Assembly (NCBI GenBank): GCA_050246815.1
Contig: JBFWVI010000005.1
Coordinates: forward strand, 32,001-96,000
DNA length: 64,000 nt
Direction: 5' to 3'
Origin: Bdellovibrionales bacterium
GTDB taxonomy: Bacteria; Bdellovibrionota; Bdellovibrionia; Bdellovibrionales; UBA1609
The position numbers were made by a program, and so were the translations under genes. This document shows positions 37,501 through 47,422 of the stretch, piece after piece; within the stretch, counting starts at the first letter, position 1, and each line of letters begins with the position of its first letter. Under the pieces are notes generated by a model. That model saw only the letters and a program-made list of their open reading frames with translations. It was not told the origin of the DNA and searched no databases.

Positions 37501-37788
37501 TCAGGGGGAGTCCATCTTTGGAACAATCTGGTGTTTGAGCGGGTCAAAACATTTGCCCCGATGTGGGCACAAGCGGGCATTGCGCCTGTTTCAAGTGTGC
37601 AAGCTGATCCTATAGACGCGATTTTTCCCCATTATGCCCGAGAGACTGTGCGCCGCTATAATTGGACGGCGATCTACCGGCAAGCTGCTGAGGCCGTTTA
37701 TGAAGTTTTGCCTCGGGCGATCAACTATCGACCTGTTCCAACGAATCCTCGCCCGCCACAACATCAAGCAGACACTTATTGTGACTAA
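34522..37788 (+). CDS. Large secreted protein with a transglutaminase/papain-like Cys-His core
   Basis: 1088 aa; signal peptide; GGNCVSQT...PNHMEAVL. Confidence 0.7.
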   Translation: MLKVRAFFLFLSLLLGWAQLALGQNGPVSPTLESLRLTHTIYAGLLEAYKSEGQSDYHPEFLAYRAYFKTFLADWNQALESGQVRNSRHYWQSVKTRDTYLGRFYSVWQRIHPYDAGATGQMINLGHYRNSFLTQVVNSETQKNYEQRLELILNWADQFLIQTNTDVELGIRIVSAFRFHKDPHIREQSRRIIASSPRFAKIASGLILLRDLTLLWQAGLKSITLPPKMTAGISSHAHQFKGPLDKLRALWPRELFGKIPTIWKAGATSVAAHGAIIATPKSTPSPIKIEVDHTDYPHVFLLTALRANLFQVETADNDLVDFKPQTFAFKLDRWRQKGVAVIKNPKTDLDWSQFFLEGELLLNFWQGSRELTAATSLQALQNSQKHFSAIPPGAIETFRENLLTHILKDYRGKRRTLTGLFLDWGGNCVSQTLATISYLKKYPGLIPAGYQLGVAHVPNHMEAVLMNDQEIWFLMSGKKWLNDQSITVLRPESLIARALGATGANTPISLADFYLAGKPDHIQQQKVPANTHMLLEKVDNSFSESGLAGGLGRLFAFKHIHKFPSSTPDWAEMRYARSSDEIRKASAEQNGNLDLGFTFSSLLKTKKTDEPGIRYLVRDVTMAGTKIKLCLIENSEFPPVRYSELPCLYTGKRNKTELITKLINISSNSSWWTHSTDVFNSVFISVPPSSFDRLMAMPPELWLLMSLHDGLDEVKTKLLPEVSDAAVARIQSGRPVAQDAKIVEALAHPVFNPSGEVLDASINWLYMFPDELHKLLLTLWPSGQMASSKKTRDCYNYKLCAPSAWQHNYEYLEQITRSSVSKLEPWTSSKSFAQLKNFSLFLQQIQTYTSRHEALPEFFRMYPHWPHPFRWTFVKIWRKLFLGSSSLFYVAQMREFLNSLDPNKIQIADIKSLNPGQQASCVPRSINLPIRTNTPSVHTLGPIVNHLLTCDEVDLHKQGTDPSSLNMNDSKMLGQSNPEVLDPLILAELSLAFSGGVHLWNNLVFERVKTFAPMWAQAGIAPVSSVQADPIDAIFPHYARETVRRYNWTAIYRQAAEAVYEVLPRAINYRPVPTNPRPPQHQADTYCD

Positions 37789-37996
37789 AATTTCCAACCA
37801 AAATTTATCGAATCCAAAAGAAAAAGTTATACAGGTCATAACAGATTTTGTGTAAGCGAAATTAAGCGACGCTCAAGCTAGACCTTCGCCCAGTTTATAA
37901 AACCACTCGACCTTTTGCTGGTTTCAAATCGGAACCAAAATATCATCGCAGATGTCCATGAATAGGACTTTTTAAAAAACCCAATGGAGGGGATAT

Positions 37997-39430
37997 ATGA
38001 AGCAAGCATTACTTGCGGCTTTGTTTTTTTGCGCAGTCGCAGCTACCGCCAACGAACGCGGCGATTACCTGGTGCAAATGGCGCCAAGCACTCAAAGTGA
38101 AATCAAATTAATGGCCTTAGCGCCAGCGGGCTCGAAGATTGAATCTTTGGGCGTGAACAACTGGTATCGTGTGCGATTGCCTGCCGATCAAGCCAGTGCG
38201 TTCCGTGCTCAAGGGCTGATGCAGAACAAAGCGGTCAACGCCGTACAAAGCAACTTTGTCATTCGCCCCTTTGAAAGCTCGTCGTTAAATGAGGCACGTG
38301 CTCAATTCAAAGCGCTGGGCCTTGATAAAAATTCGGTGGGCATCCAAGCCGCCAGCCCCGACAATCCCTCGATCCCGTCCAACGGCAGTGGTGGCAACGG
38401 CGCGGACCCCTTGTTCAACAATCAATGGGGCATGCGACAAGCCAATGTGAAAAACGCCTGGGAAAAAGGCACCGGCTCGCCAGAGATGATCGTGGCCGTG
38501 ATCGACACTGGTGTCGACTACACTCACGAAGATCTGGTCGACAATATGTGGCGCAACACCAATGAAATCCCTGGCAACAACGTCGACGACGACAAAAATG
38601 GTTATGTTGACGACATTGTCGGCTGGGACTTTGCTGACAACGACAACAAACCCTATGACAAATACGGTGGCTTCACCGACATCTTGAACGGTAAAAACCC
38701 CGGCCACGGCACACACTGCGCTGGCAACGTGGCGGCCCGAGGCAGCAACGGCAAAGGCATTTCGGGTGTTGCCCCCAATGTCCGCATCATGGGCCTGCGC
38801 TTTATCACTTATGAAGGCAGCGGCACCACGGCCGACGCCATCAAAGCCATCAAATACGCCGTCGACAATGGCGCCAAAGTTCTTTCGAACTCTTGGGGCT
38901 CAGAGGGCGAAGACCCCAATGACCCGGATAGCGGCGCGCTGAAAGACGCCATTCGCTACGCCGAAGGCAAAGGCGCCTTGTTTGTTGCGGCGGCCGGCAA
39001 CGGTCATCAAGGACGAGGCTACAACAATGACACCGACAGCCGCCCTGCTTATCCCGCAAGCTATGACATGGAAAGCATCATCAGCGTTGCAGCCATCAAT
39101 TCAAGCGGCAGCTTTGGCAGCTTTTCGAACTGGGGCGTGAGATCCGTTGATATAGGCGCACCGGGCGTAAAAGTTTTCTCAACGGTCCCGGCCGCGCGCT
39201 ATCAAGATTCGATCGGCAATTTTTTGGGTCAAGAACTGAACTGGGATGGAACCTCGATGGCAGCGCCCCACGTCGCCGGCGCGGTGGCCCTGTACTGGTC
39301 GGCTCATCCCGAAAAAACCTGGCAGCAAGTTAAATCGGCTTTGCTGGCCAGCGTGAAAAAGACCTCGCAAATGAGTGGCAAGGTCTCTTCGGGCGGCCAA
39401 TTGGACGTCCAAGCTTTGATGAATCAATAG
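37997..39430 (+). CDS. Secreted subtilisin-like serine protease (S8)
   Basis: VIDTGVD, HGTHCAG, AAAGN, GTSMAAPHVAG; signal peptide and prodomain. Confidence 0.97.
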   Translation: MKQALLAALFFCAVAATANERGDYLVQMAPSTQSEIKLMALAPAGSKIESLGVNNWYRVRLPADQASAFRAQGLMQNKAVNAVQSNFVIRPFESSSLNEARAQFKALGLDKNSVGIQAASPDNPSIPSNGSGGNGADPLFNNQWGMRQANVKNAWEKGTGSPEMIVAVIDTGVDYTHEDLVDNMWRNTNEIPGNNVDDDKNGYVDDIVGWDFADNDNKPYDKYGGFTDILNGKNPGHGTHCAGNVAARGSNGKGISGVAPNVRIMGLRFITYEGSGTTADAIKAIKYAVDNGAKVLSNSWGSEGEDPNDPDSGALKDAIRYAEGKGALFVAAAGNGHQGRGYNNDTDSRPAYPASYDMESIISVAAINSSGSFGSFSNWGVRSVDIGAPGVKVFSTVPAARYQDSIGNFLGQELNWDGTSMAAPHVAGAVALYWSAHPEKTWQQVKSALLASVKKTSQMSGKVSSGGQLDVQALMNQ

Positions 39431-39458
39431 TTTTTTCAAGAACTCTCTCGATCCACCT

Positions 39459-39485
39459 AAAGGCCGGGGTAACCCGGCCTTTTTT
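39459..39485 (+). terminator. Intrinsic terminator
   Basis: AAAGGCCGGG-GTAA-CCCGGCCTTTTTT. Confidence 0.85.
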
Positions 39486-39559
39486 GTAGCTGCTTCTTTT
39501 TACGGATGCAATGCGCCACAACTGCAGCGCATTGCATCCGTAAAAAGAAGCAGCTACAA
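39484..39559. repeat. Long perfect palindrome (REPIN-like)
   Basis: 33-bp perfect arms (TTGTAGCTGCTTCTTTTTACGGATGCAATGCGC) around a 10-nt loop. Confidence 0.9.
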
Positions 39560-39566
39560 CTACTCC

Positions 39567-41339
39567 GTGATTCAATCTGGTCTATCCGATCCTTCTTCGG
39601 ATCCGGTCTTAAAAAATCCCTACCGTGCCTACACCCGCAAACACTGGCGACCGTTTGCGCTGGGGTTGTTTTCTCTGCTCGGTACCAACTCACTTGATGC
39701 CATTGCCCCGCTCTTGATCGGCATGGCGATTGATCAGATCATTGGGCAAAAGCCTTTTGCCGATGTGGCGCGAATGGTGTTCATCATTTTTGCGGTCACG
39801 GCGGCGCTGGCGCTGTTTCGTTTTATGTGGCGCTACTTCTGGGGACAATTTCATCACACCGTGGCCGAGGATTTGCGCAATCGGCTGTTCGCTAAATTCA
39901 CGGATCTGGGCCCGGCCTATTTTGCACGGCAAACCACCGGTGGATTGATGAGTTTGATCAACAACGACGTGAACTCTTTTCGCATGGCGATCGGCCCTGG
40001 CATGTTGGTGCTATTCGACTCGATTTTTTTGCTTTTGATCGTGCCTGTTTTGATGTGGCGGATTTCGCCAGATTGGACCTGGCGCTGTATGATCCTGATG
40101 CCCTTTGTGCCTTTTGTTGTGCGCGCCATCTTAAATCGTACAGAAAAAGCCTACACCTCCCAGCAGGCGCGCTTCAGCGAAATGGCCGGGGCCGCGCAAG
40201 AAATCGTTGCTGGCATTCGCGTGATCAAAAGTTATGCGCAAGAAAATAATCAAACCCGACTGTTCAATACACATAGCCGTCGCTACATGGACGCCTGCAA
40301 TCAAGTGGCCAAAGTGGATGCCTCCTTTGGACCGGCACTTGAAATCGCCGCTGCCTTTGGCAGCGTGATTTTGCTTTTGATTGCGAGCGGGCCGGTGATG
40401 GCGGGCGCAGTGACGCTGGGGCAATTGTTTGCATTTTACCAATATATCCAAAAAATGGTATGGCCCCTGGAAGGTATTGGCATCGCCTTTTCGCACTTTC
40501 AAGTGGGCCGTGCGGCCTTCACACGCATTCGCGAAATGCTGTTGCAGCCCGTGGACACTCCTGATGTCGGGCAAGCTGAACCGCGTGATGTGAATTTACT
40601 TGAAGTGAAGAACCTGACCTTCACTTACCCCGGCGAATCACGCCCCGCTTTGCGGGATGTCTCTTTTTCTTTAAAAAAGGGGCAAGTGCTAGGTGTGGTT
40701 GGGGCTACCGGCGCGGGCAAAACCACTTTGGCCGAGGTGCTTTGCCATCTTTACCCAGTGCCAAGCGAAAAAATTTTTATCAACCAATTGCCCCTGGAAC
40801 ACATTCGCAAAAAATCTTTGCGCCACTTGATCACCATGGTTCCGCAAGAGACCTTTGTGTTTAGTCGAGAACTGGGTGCCAATATTTTGTTTGGCTGCCC
40901 ACAAGATCAAGCCCGTAGTGTGAAAGAAGCCGCGGCCTTGGTGAAACTGGATCAAGAGATTGAGTCTTGGCCCGAGGGGTACGACACCTTGATTGGGGAA
41001 CGTGGCGTGAATCTTTCAGGAGGGCAACGCCAGCGTGTCACTTTGGCCCGCGCCCTGATTCGCACCGCCCCCTTAGTGATCATCGATGACGCCTTAAGCG
41101 CGGTCGATGCAAAAACGGGCGCCATGATTCTGCAAAATCTGCGGCATCGTCTGCGCGAGGGGGCCCAGTGCGCAGCCATGATCATTTCACACCGCTTGGC
41201 CAACGTCTCTTGGGCCGACCAAATTTTGGTTTTGAATCAGGGCAAAGTTGAGGCCTTTGGTCGCCATGACGAGCTTTTGCAAACCTCCCCGACATACCGA
41301 CACTTGAACGATCTGCAAACCGCGGGGGACCAAGCATGA
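39567..41339 (+). CDS. ABC exporter TMD-NBD subunit (degenerate Walker B)
   Basis: GATGAGKT, LSGGQRQR, IIDDALSAVD (D in place of the catalytic E). Confidence 0.93.
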   Translation: MIQSGLSDPSSDPVLKNPYRAYTRKHWRPFALGLFSLLGTNSLDAIAPLLIGMAIDQIIGQKPFADVARMVFIIFAVTAALALFRFMWRYFWGQFHHTVAEDLRNRLFAKFTDLGPAYFARQTTGGLMSLINNDVNSFRMAIGPGMLVLFDSIFLLLIVPVLMWRISPDWTWRCMILMPFVPFVVRAILNRTEKAYTSQQARFSEMAGAAQEIVAGIRVIKSYAQENNQTRLFNTHSRRYMDACNQVAKVDASFGPALEIAAAFGSVILLLIASGPVMAGAVTLGQLFAFYQYIQKMVWPLEGIGIAFSHFQVGRAAFTRIREMLLQPVDTPDVGQAEPRDVNLLEVKNLTFTYPGESRPALRDVSFSLKKGQVLGVVGATGAGKTTLAEVLCHLYPVPSEKIFINQLPLEHIRKKSLRHLITMVPQETFVFSRELGANILFGCPQDQARSVKEAAALVKLDQEIESWPEGYDTLIGERGVNLSGGQRQRVTLARALIRTAPLVIIDDALSAVDAKTGAMILQNLRHRLREGAQCAAMIISHRLANVSWADQILVLNQGKVEAFGRHDELLQTSPTYRHLNDLQTAGDQA

Positions 41340-43147
41340 AGCGCGGTTTTATGATCGAAGACAATGTGGCTCATGAGCTGACTTTTCGCCACTTGTTCGC
41401 GAAGTTATGGCCATTCTTAAAGCCCTACCCCGGCCGCATCATCATGGTTTTACTTTTGGTGGTCAGTTACACTCTGGTAGGCCGCGCACTGCCTCTTCTT
41501 TTTGGTTATGCGGTTGACCACGGAATTAAAAGCGGCGATTGGCAGGTGATCTGGGCCGTGGCGGTGATCTTTTTCGTCTGTGAAGTGGCGCGCGCCACTT
41601 TGGCCTTTGCGCAGAGCTGGTCGATTCAAAAAGTCGGCAACCTGGTACTCTATGACATTCGACAAAAACTACTCAGCCACGTGCAAAGCCTGTCGGCCAC
41701 CTTCTTCGATAAAACCTCCTCGGGAAGAGTGATGACCCGGGTGACCAACGATGTACATAGTTTGGGCGAACTGTTCAGCCAGGGCTTCACCACCATTTTT
41801 ATCAACTTGGTCGAAATAGTTTCGATCGTTTTGGCCTTAACGGCGGTGTCGGCCCCCTTAACCGCGGTGGTGGTGCTGATGCTGCCGCCTTTGATTTGGG
41901 CTTGTGCGCGCTTAAGCCGGGTGATTCGCATTCGTTTTGGCGCGGCCAAACGCCGACTGGCCATGATCAACGCATTCACCGCCGAATCCATCGGCGGCAT
42001 GAAGGTCTTGCAGCTGTTTAACCAAACTCACGAATCTCGTGCCCATTTTGATCGTCTGTCGGGCGAATACAAAGATCTGCAGCTGCAAACCGTGCGTTTG
42101 TTTGCCACCCTTTGGCCGGTGGTGGAAGCCTTCAATGTGGGAACCGTGGCGTCGACTCTTTTGGTTGGCGGATTCTTTCGTGAGCAGTTGGCTTTGTCGC
42201 CTGGGCAATTGGCGGCATATGTCTTACTGGTGCAAAGTTTTTTTAGGCCGCTAAGAGGTATCCTTGAAAAATATAACCAGTTGCAAAACAGCCTGGCCAG
42301 CGCGGACCGGGTCTTTCAAATGTTTGAAGTCGAGCCCGAAGAGCAAAATGGTCGACCTTTGCACGAGCGCCTTAGGGGTGGTGTGCACTTTAAAGGCGTG
42401 ACCTTTCATTACGTCGGTAAGCCCCAACCCGCCGTTCGCGATATAGAACTTAAAATCAATCCCGGCGAATCCGTGGCTCTAGTGGGTCGCACCGGCAGCG
42501 GCAAAACCACTTTGATTTCACTGGTGCAAAGACTCTACTCCCCTTCATCCGGCGAAATTTTACTGGATGGCATGAACCTGAAAGATCTTAGGGCCCGTGA
42601 CCTTCGTCGACGCATCGGCGTCGTTCAACAAGACAATTTTATGTTCCGCGGCAGCATAGCCGACAACATTTCGCTGATGAATCCCGAATTCACCCGTGCG
42701 CAAATTCAAAAAGCCGCCGAAAACGCCCATTGCCAACGCTTGCTTGACGCCCACAACGGCGGCCTGGATTCCCAGGTGGAAGAACGCGGCGCTAATTTAA
42801 GCGTGGGCGAACGGCAGCTGATCGCCTTTGCGCGCGTGCTGGCCTTTGATCCAGATATTTTGATTTTAGACGAAGCCACAGCCAACATCGATTCGGTGCA
42901 TGAACGACTGATTCAAGAGGCCACCGCCCAAGTGATGAAAGGCCGGACCAGTTTGATCGTGGCGCATCGCCTGTCGACAGTTTTGCACTGCGACCGCATT
43001 GTGCTATTGCATCAGGGTGAAATTTTGGAACAAGGTTCTCACATTGAACTGATGAACCTTAAGGGCCGCTACTACGAGCTGTACACATCCCAGCAACTGG
43101 GCGAAGAAATCGCAGCCCCTCGCCCGGCAGAGCCCATCTTAAATTGA
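41336..43147 (+). CDS. ABC exporter TMD-NBD subunit (heterodimer partner)
   Basis: GRTGSGKT, LSVGERQL, ILDEATANID; ATGA overlap with the upstream gene. Confidence 0.93.
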   Translation: MKRGFMIEDNVAHELTFRHLFAKLWPFLKPYPGRIIMVLLLVVSYTLVGRALPLLFGYAVDHGIKSGDWQVIWAVAVIFFVCEVARATLAFAQSWSIQKVGNLVLYDIRQKLLSHVQSLSATFFDKTSSGRVMTRVTNDVHSLGELFSQGFTTIFINLVEIVSIVLALTAVSAPLTAVVVLMLPPLIWACARLSRVIRIRFGAAKRRLAMINAFTAESIGGMKVLQLFNQTHESRAHFDRLSGEYKDLQLQTVRLFATLWPVVEAFNVGTVASTLLVGGFFREQLALSPGQLAAYVLLVQSFFRPLRGILEKYNQLQNSLASADRVFQMFEVEPEEQNGRPLHERLRGGVHFKGVTFHYVGKPQPAVRDIELKINPGESVALVGRTGSGKTTLISLVQRLYSPSSGEILLDGMNLKDLRARDLRRRIGVVQQDNFMFRGSIADNISLMNPEFTRAQIQKAAENAHCQRLLDAHNGGLDSQVEERGANLSVGERQLIAFARVLAFDPDILILDEATANIDSVHERLIQEATAQVMKGRTSLIVAHRLSTVLHCDRIVLLHQGEILEQGSHIELMNLKGRYYELYTSQQLGEEIAAPRPAEPILN

Positions 43148-43205
43148 GAAATAAGTAAAACCCGTCCAAATGACGGCTTAACCTCGAACATTGACGCAGA
43201 GCTAA

Positions 43206-43232
43206 ACCAAAAGGTGCCAGGCACCTTTTGGT
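43206..43232. repeat. Short perfect palindrome (REP-like or bidirectional terminator)
   Basis: ACCAAAAGGTGCC-A-GGCACCTTTTGGT between convergent genes. Confidence 0.75.
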
Positions 43233-43234
43233 GG

Positions 43235-43909
43235 TTAGTCTTGTAGGCGTTTGAATTTGGTTTCGGTCTGTTCGGCGACCTGGGCTTGTTTGTGCCACTT
43301 TAGAGCTTCAGAGCGGTAGCCCTTCTTCTTTTCGATCCACTTTTCGCGCTCGGCGAGGACTTCTTTTTCTTTTAAGTCCAGCTCACGGCTCAGCTCGCCG
43401 GCGGCCTGGCGCTGCGAATCCCACTCGGCTTTTTCTTTTTCTAGCTCTTGGATCTTGGTGTCATAGGCCGTCAAATTCATTTCGCGTTGGCGCTTATTGG
43501 CTTCCAGCTTTTCCAGTACGGCGCGCACTTCAGCAATTTGGGCCTCTTCTTTTTTCATCTTCTCGAGCTCGGTTACTTTATGGCCGGCCAGCTTCTGCTT
43601 CATTTTTTCGATGGAGGCTTTATTCTTCTCGATGTTGGTTTGGTTGGCGGCCAGTTGCTTGCGCTGATCGCGCAGCTCTTTAATCGCCTTGGTCGTTTCA
43701 ACGACGTTGTTGCTCGAGATCTCCATATTGTTCTTGTACTGTTCGTAGTTGTTTTTGCTGTTTTCAGTATTTTCTTTCAACTGCTCCATGCTCGCCTTCA
43801 CATCGGTTCGAGCTTCAGCAATAGCTGCTGAACAAAGCGCGATTACAGCCACCAAACGTGTCATGCCCATCATACGGGTCCCCTTGTTTATTGCTTTGGC
43901 GTTTTTCAT
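43235..43909 (-). CDS. Secreted coiled-coil protein
   Basis: Signal peptide (AEA), then continuous K/E-rich heptads; last gene of the operon. Confidence 0.8.
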   Translation of the reverse strand: MKNAKAINKGTRMMGMTRLVAVIALCSAAIAEARTDVKASMEQLKENTENSKNNYEQYKNNMEISSNNVVETTKAIKELRDQRKQLAANQTNIEKNKASIEKMKQKLAGHKVTELEKMKKEEAQIAEVRAVLEKLEANKRQREMNLTAYDTKIQELEKEKAEWDSQRQAAGELSRELDLKEKEVLAEREKWIEKKKGYRSEALKWHKQAQVAEQTETKFKRLQD

Positions 43910-46554
43910 TTGCCTGCTCCCTTCTCGATTGCTGCCTGCCCTTTGGCATCTTCTGCTGACGCAGGAGCGCGGCTTCCATCATCTTGTTTATCTTTGAAAA
44001 ACTCTTCCATTTTTCCGACTTGCGGGCAGTTGTTACGCAAAGAAGAGCGATAGCTGCCGATTTCATCTTCCCAATACTCGCCGTCAAAGCTCCAATTTTG
44101 CAGTTTTTCTGGTTTCACCGAAGCCGGTACACGGTTGGCATCGGCGACCTTGCCACCGGCCACCTGATAACGGATATTTTCACCGCTTCCCGCAAAAACT
44201 TCATAGCGCAGGAACTCATTGTTCTCGAGGACTGTGCCCATTTCAATTTTAACCCGCTTCAGAGTTTCCACAAGATCTCGCCCGGCGGTTTCGCGCAGGT
44301 TGTAGCGTTCACGTTCGATCTTGGCCATGATGCGTGGCTGCAGCTTCAAGTAGGACTTGCGACTATTTTCCAACATCTCGGCCTGATAGCGCAAGCCGAT
44401 CACGACTTCGCGCTCGAGCTTCATTTGGCGGCGCCATTCATCCATTTGCGGCACGGTTACTTTTTCTTTTTCAGCCTTCGCGAGTTTCGTTTTCAAGTCT
44501 TTGAAGCGAGCTGTGGCTTTATTTTCGCGTGCTTTCAACGCCGCCTTTTCTTGGGTGATCAACTTGTCGATACCTTCATAGCGCCCCACTTCTTCAGCTT
44601 TGGCATTTAACGAGGTCTGTGCATTCAAAAATTCTTTTTGGCGGGCCATCTCACGAATGATCTGATAGGGCAATCCATCCATGTCATCCGAGCTCTTGCC
44701 TTTTAAGTAACGAATCGTCGTGTCGTAATACTCACTAGCCAGTTTTCTTTTGCCAATGTATTGATTCACCCCTTCGACCCACGGCCGGTATTCGCGCTCA
44801 AGCCAAGACAATGTTCGGTAAGCATCGCCATATTGGCAGATATTCAAATAGCCGATCGTGCGCACCACGAAGGACTCAGGTTTATAAACTGAGCGGAAAT
44901 AAGGAGAATGCAAGCTGTACATATTGCCGATCGCGCCTGAAAAATCATCCTGCGCCAACTGCGTCCAGCCTTGTTCGATCAGACCTTGCACCCACAGGGG
45001 ATGATCCTTGTCGATCGCCATGTAAAGTGGCAAAGCCTCTTTGAAACGACCCTGAGTGAACTTGATGCGGGCCAAGTTAATTGCGGTCAAAGAGTTCAAG
45101 TTTTTGTCGTTGATCTTTTTTGTGGCCATCCAATTGCGCAAAGACTCCAGTTTACCGGCGCCCTTATTGGCATTGCCCAAACTAAACCACGCCACGCCGA
45201 TTAAATACTGTGAGTTACCGTAACGGGGCGAGCTTTCGGGGACTTTCTCGGCGTAACTACGCCCTGTCTGATGATCCCCTTCTTTCACTGCGCCCTTGGC
45301 GGTCAAATAGTTGACTTCGTCAGTCGACTCTTTGGGAATCAATTTTTGGTTTTTTAGATTGCGGATCAATTTCGAAAACGCAATTTCATACTCCATCGGC
45401 AAATCTTTGGCCAAAGTCTTGATGGCGTCGCTTGCGAATTCACGATCTTCATTCATGATTAAGGCCGAAAGTCGCTCAAAACCAAGCGAGGTCATTTTCA
45501 TGCGATAGGCACATTGCCCCAAATGGAAGTTCGACTCGTTGGCCAACTTTTCATTCTTCGACAATTCATCAAAAAGTCCTAACAAGATGTGGCAGCGATC
45601 CCCTTTGTTATAAAGAATCAAGGCTGTCAGCATTTTCAACTGCGGTTCGCTCAATTCGCGCACTATTTTCTCACTGACTTTGGCCAACTGAGCGATCTTG
45701 GGCATGGCTTTGGCAATGGCCTCTTTGGTGACAATCTTGTCGATGCCAAATAGGCCCTTATCCAAATCTTTTGCCGGAGCAACCGTGCCAATCAATTTAC
45801 CGGTTAAAGCCTGCACAATTGTCGCATGCATTAATTCAGGGCTAGGCAACGATTTGAACTCTTGCACTTCCACCAGTTTGGGCTGGTAATTTTTGCCGAT
45901 ATAATCGGATTTAGACAAAATGGGCTCTTCACCGATGTCCAAGCGCGGGATATTCTTCATCGGGCTCATGACAATTTTGGTTTTGCCGCCTGGCAATTTC
46001 ACGGTTTGTTTCACTTCCATCGGGAAAAGCGGTACGCCAGATTTCGAAAGCTTCAGATTACCCTGGGCTTTTCGACCGGGTTTCGCCACGACGGCAGCGC
46101 CCTCTTTTTTCAACTGACGACGGGCTTCACGCATATCCGCCGCACGCACCTCTTGCTGTAGTCCTGGTGTGGCGAAGGTTTCGGTCAGTGCCTGCACTTG
46201 TTTTTGTCGCTCAACTTCAGCCGGGGTTATGCCCTTGGCGTTTTTTGCAGGCGTGGTTTTAGATTCGGGTTTGGCGGTGGCGGTTGGTTTTTGGCCGGTC
46301 AAGGTTTCAACGCCTTTTTTCCACCACGACTTCACTGCATTGACTGAAGTTCCGACCGTGTTAGTGACGGTTTCGGAAACCTTGGCCGTGGCCTTCTGTA
46401 AGATATTGTCTGAAGAGGCGCCCTTCGTGCGATTCACAAGAGCCGGGTCCACCTGTGAATTCTCGACGATTTCATTCGGATCGCTCATACCGGCATAGCC
46501 CGGCACGGCCACCAGAAGAATCAATATGACAATCAAAATTCTTAGGGCCCTCAT
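43906..46554 (-). CDS. Large secreted TPR protein (GltC-like)
   Basis: TPR region with LHSPYF and C-terminal WSFDGEYWEDEIGSYRSSLRNNC; start placed after AAGGAG. Confidence 0.75.
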   Translation of the reverse strand: MRALRILIVILILLVAVPGYAGMSDPNEIVENSQVDPALVNRTKGASSDNILQKATAKVSETVTNTVGTSVNAVKSWWKKGVETLTGQKPTATAKPESKTTPAKNAKGITPAEVERQKQVQALTETFATPGLQQEVRAADMREARRQLKKEGAAVVAKPGRKAQGNLKLSKSGVPLFPMEVKQTVKLPGGKTKIVMSPMKNIPRLDIGEEPILSKSDYIGKNYQPKLVEVQEFKSLPSPELMHATIVQALTGKLIGTVAPAKDLDKGLFGIDKIVTKEAIAKAMPKIAQLAKVSEKIVRELSEPQLKMLTALILYNKGDRCHILLGLFDELSKNEKLANESNFHLGQCAYRMKMTSLGFERLSALIMNEDREFASDAIKTLAKDLPMEYEIAFSKLIRNLKNQKLIPKESTDEVNYLTAKGAVKEGDHQTGRSYAEKVPESSPRYGNSQYLIGVAWFSLGNANKGAGKLESLRNWMATKKINDKNLNSLTAINLARIKFTQGRFKEALPLYMAIDKDHPLWVQGLIEQGWTQLAQDDFSGAIGNMYSLHSPYFRSVYKPESFVVRTIGYLNICQYGDAYRTLSWLEREYRPWVEGVNQYIGKRKLASEYYDTTIRYLKGKSSDDMDGLPYQIIREMARQKEFLNAQTSLNAKAEEVGRYEGIDKLITQEKAALKARENKATARFKDLKTKLAKAEKEKVTVPQMDEWRRQMKLEREVVIGLRYQAEMLENSRKSYLKLQPRIMAKIERERYNLRETAGRDLVETLKRVKIEMGTVLENNEFLRYEVFAGSGENIRYQVAGGKVADANRVPASVKPEKLQNWSFDGEYWEDEIGSYRSSLRNNCPQVGKMEEFFKDKQDDGSRAPASAEDAKGQAAIEKGAGK

Positions 46555-46564
46555 CACATTCTCC

Positions 46565-47362
46565 TTAAAAGAATACGGCGCCGCCAATGATCAGCATGGT
46601 GTTGTCCGAGTTTTTGTCTTTCACCTTATCGCCCGTGCCCACACCACCCGGCCCGCGGTAACGCAAAATTTCTTCCTTGTAGAAACGATGTTTTAAATCC
46701 AAGCGAACCGCAAAGTTCGAGTGAATGAAGAACAGCTGGGTCACGTCAAAACCGTAAGTCAATGCCGACTTGTCGAAGTTGCCACGGTCAAAAGTTTGCG
46801 CCTCATAATTCATCATCCCGATCGTTGGGGTGAAGGCCATATCGAAGTAGATGATTTTTTTTCCGACCACGCTCATTTTAGCGTAGAAAGGAACCCAGTT
46901 CAGGCCAATGTCGTAATAACCTGTGACACGACCATAGTTAGGGCCACCGCCGGCATCAATGAAGGCTTGGGTGGCGTCCGAGTTGCCCAACTTCAACATC
47001 GTGTAGTTCAACTGCAGCCCCCAGCGTTCGTTGAAGTAGTAATTCACTCCTAGCGAAGCGCCATTGCCATCATTCAAAGTTTCATTGATCACCGGACCAA
47101 ACTGAGCCGAAACCGCGAAACGCTTTTCTTTTGTGTAAGTGCGGTTTTGCACAACGTTGAAATCGGTGTCTTTGGGGGCCCAATATTTATTCTCAATGTC
47201 CGAAATATCAACTTGCCCCTCTTTGGCTTTTTCTGCGGGCACGGGGGCTGCAGCCGGCTTGGCTTTGCTTTGGGCAAAGGCCGACACAGGCAGTGTGAAA
47301 CTGCCTGCCAAAAGCAAAGATGTGACGATGTTGCCGAACGATGCTGTATTCTGTGCGCGCAT
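46565..47362 (-). CDS. Outer-membrane beta-barrel protein (GltA/B/H-like)
   Basis: VVQNRTYTKEKRF, WVPFYAKMS...IIYFD, C-terminal F. Confidence 0.8.
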   Translation of the reverse strand: MRAQNTASFGNIVTSLLLAGSFTLPVSAFAQSKAKPAAAPVPAEKAKEGQVDISDIENKYWAPKDTDFNVVQNRTYTKEKRFAVSAQFGPVINETLNDGNGASLGVNYYFNERWGLQLNYTMLKLGNSDATQAFIDAGGGPNYGRVTGYYDIGLNWVPFYAKMSVVGKKIIYFDMAFTPTIGMMNYEAQTFDRGNFDKSALTYGFDVTQLFFIHSNFAVRLDLKHRFYKEEILRYRGPGGVGTGDKVKDKNSDNTMLIIGGAVFF

Positions 47363-47422
47363 ATGCGCCCTCCTTCATGCTGTGCGGCCCCTATCCAAAT
47401 TTAAACAAAAGTCCGAGCTTTA

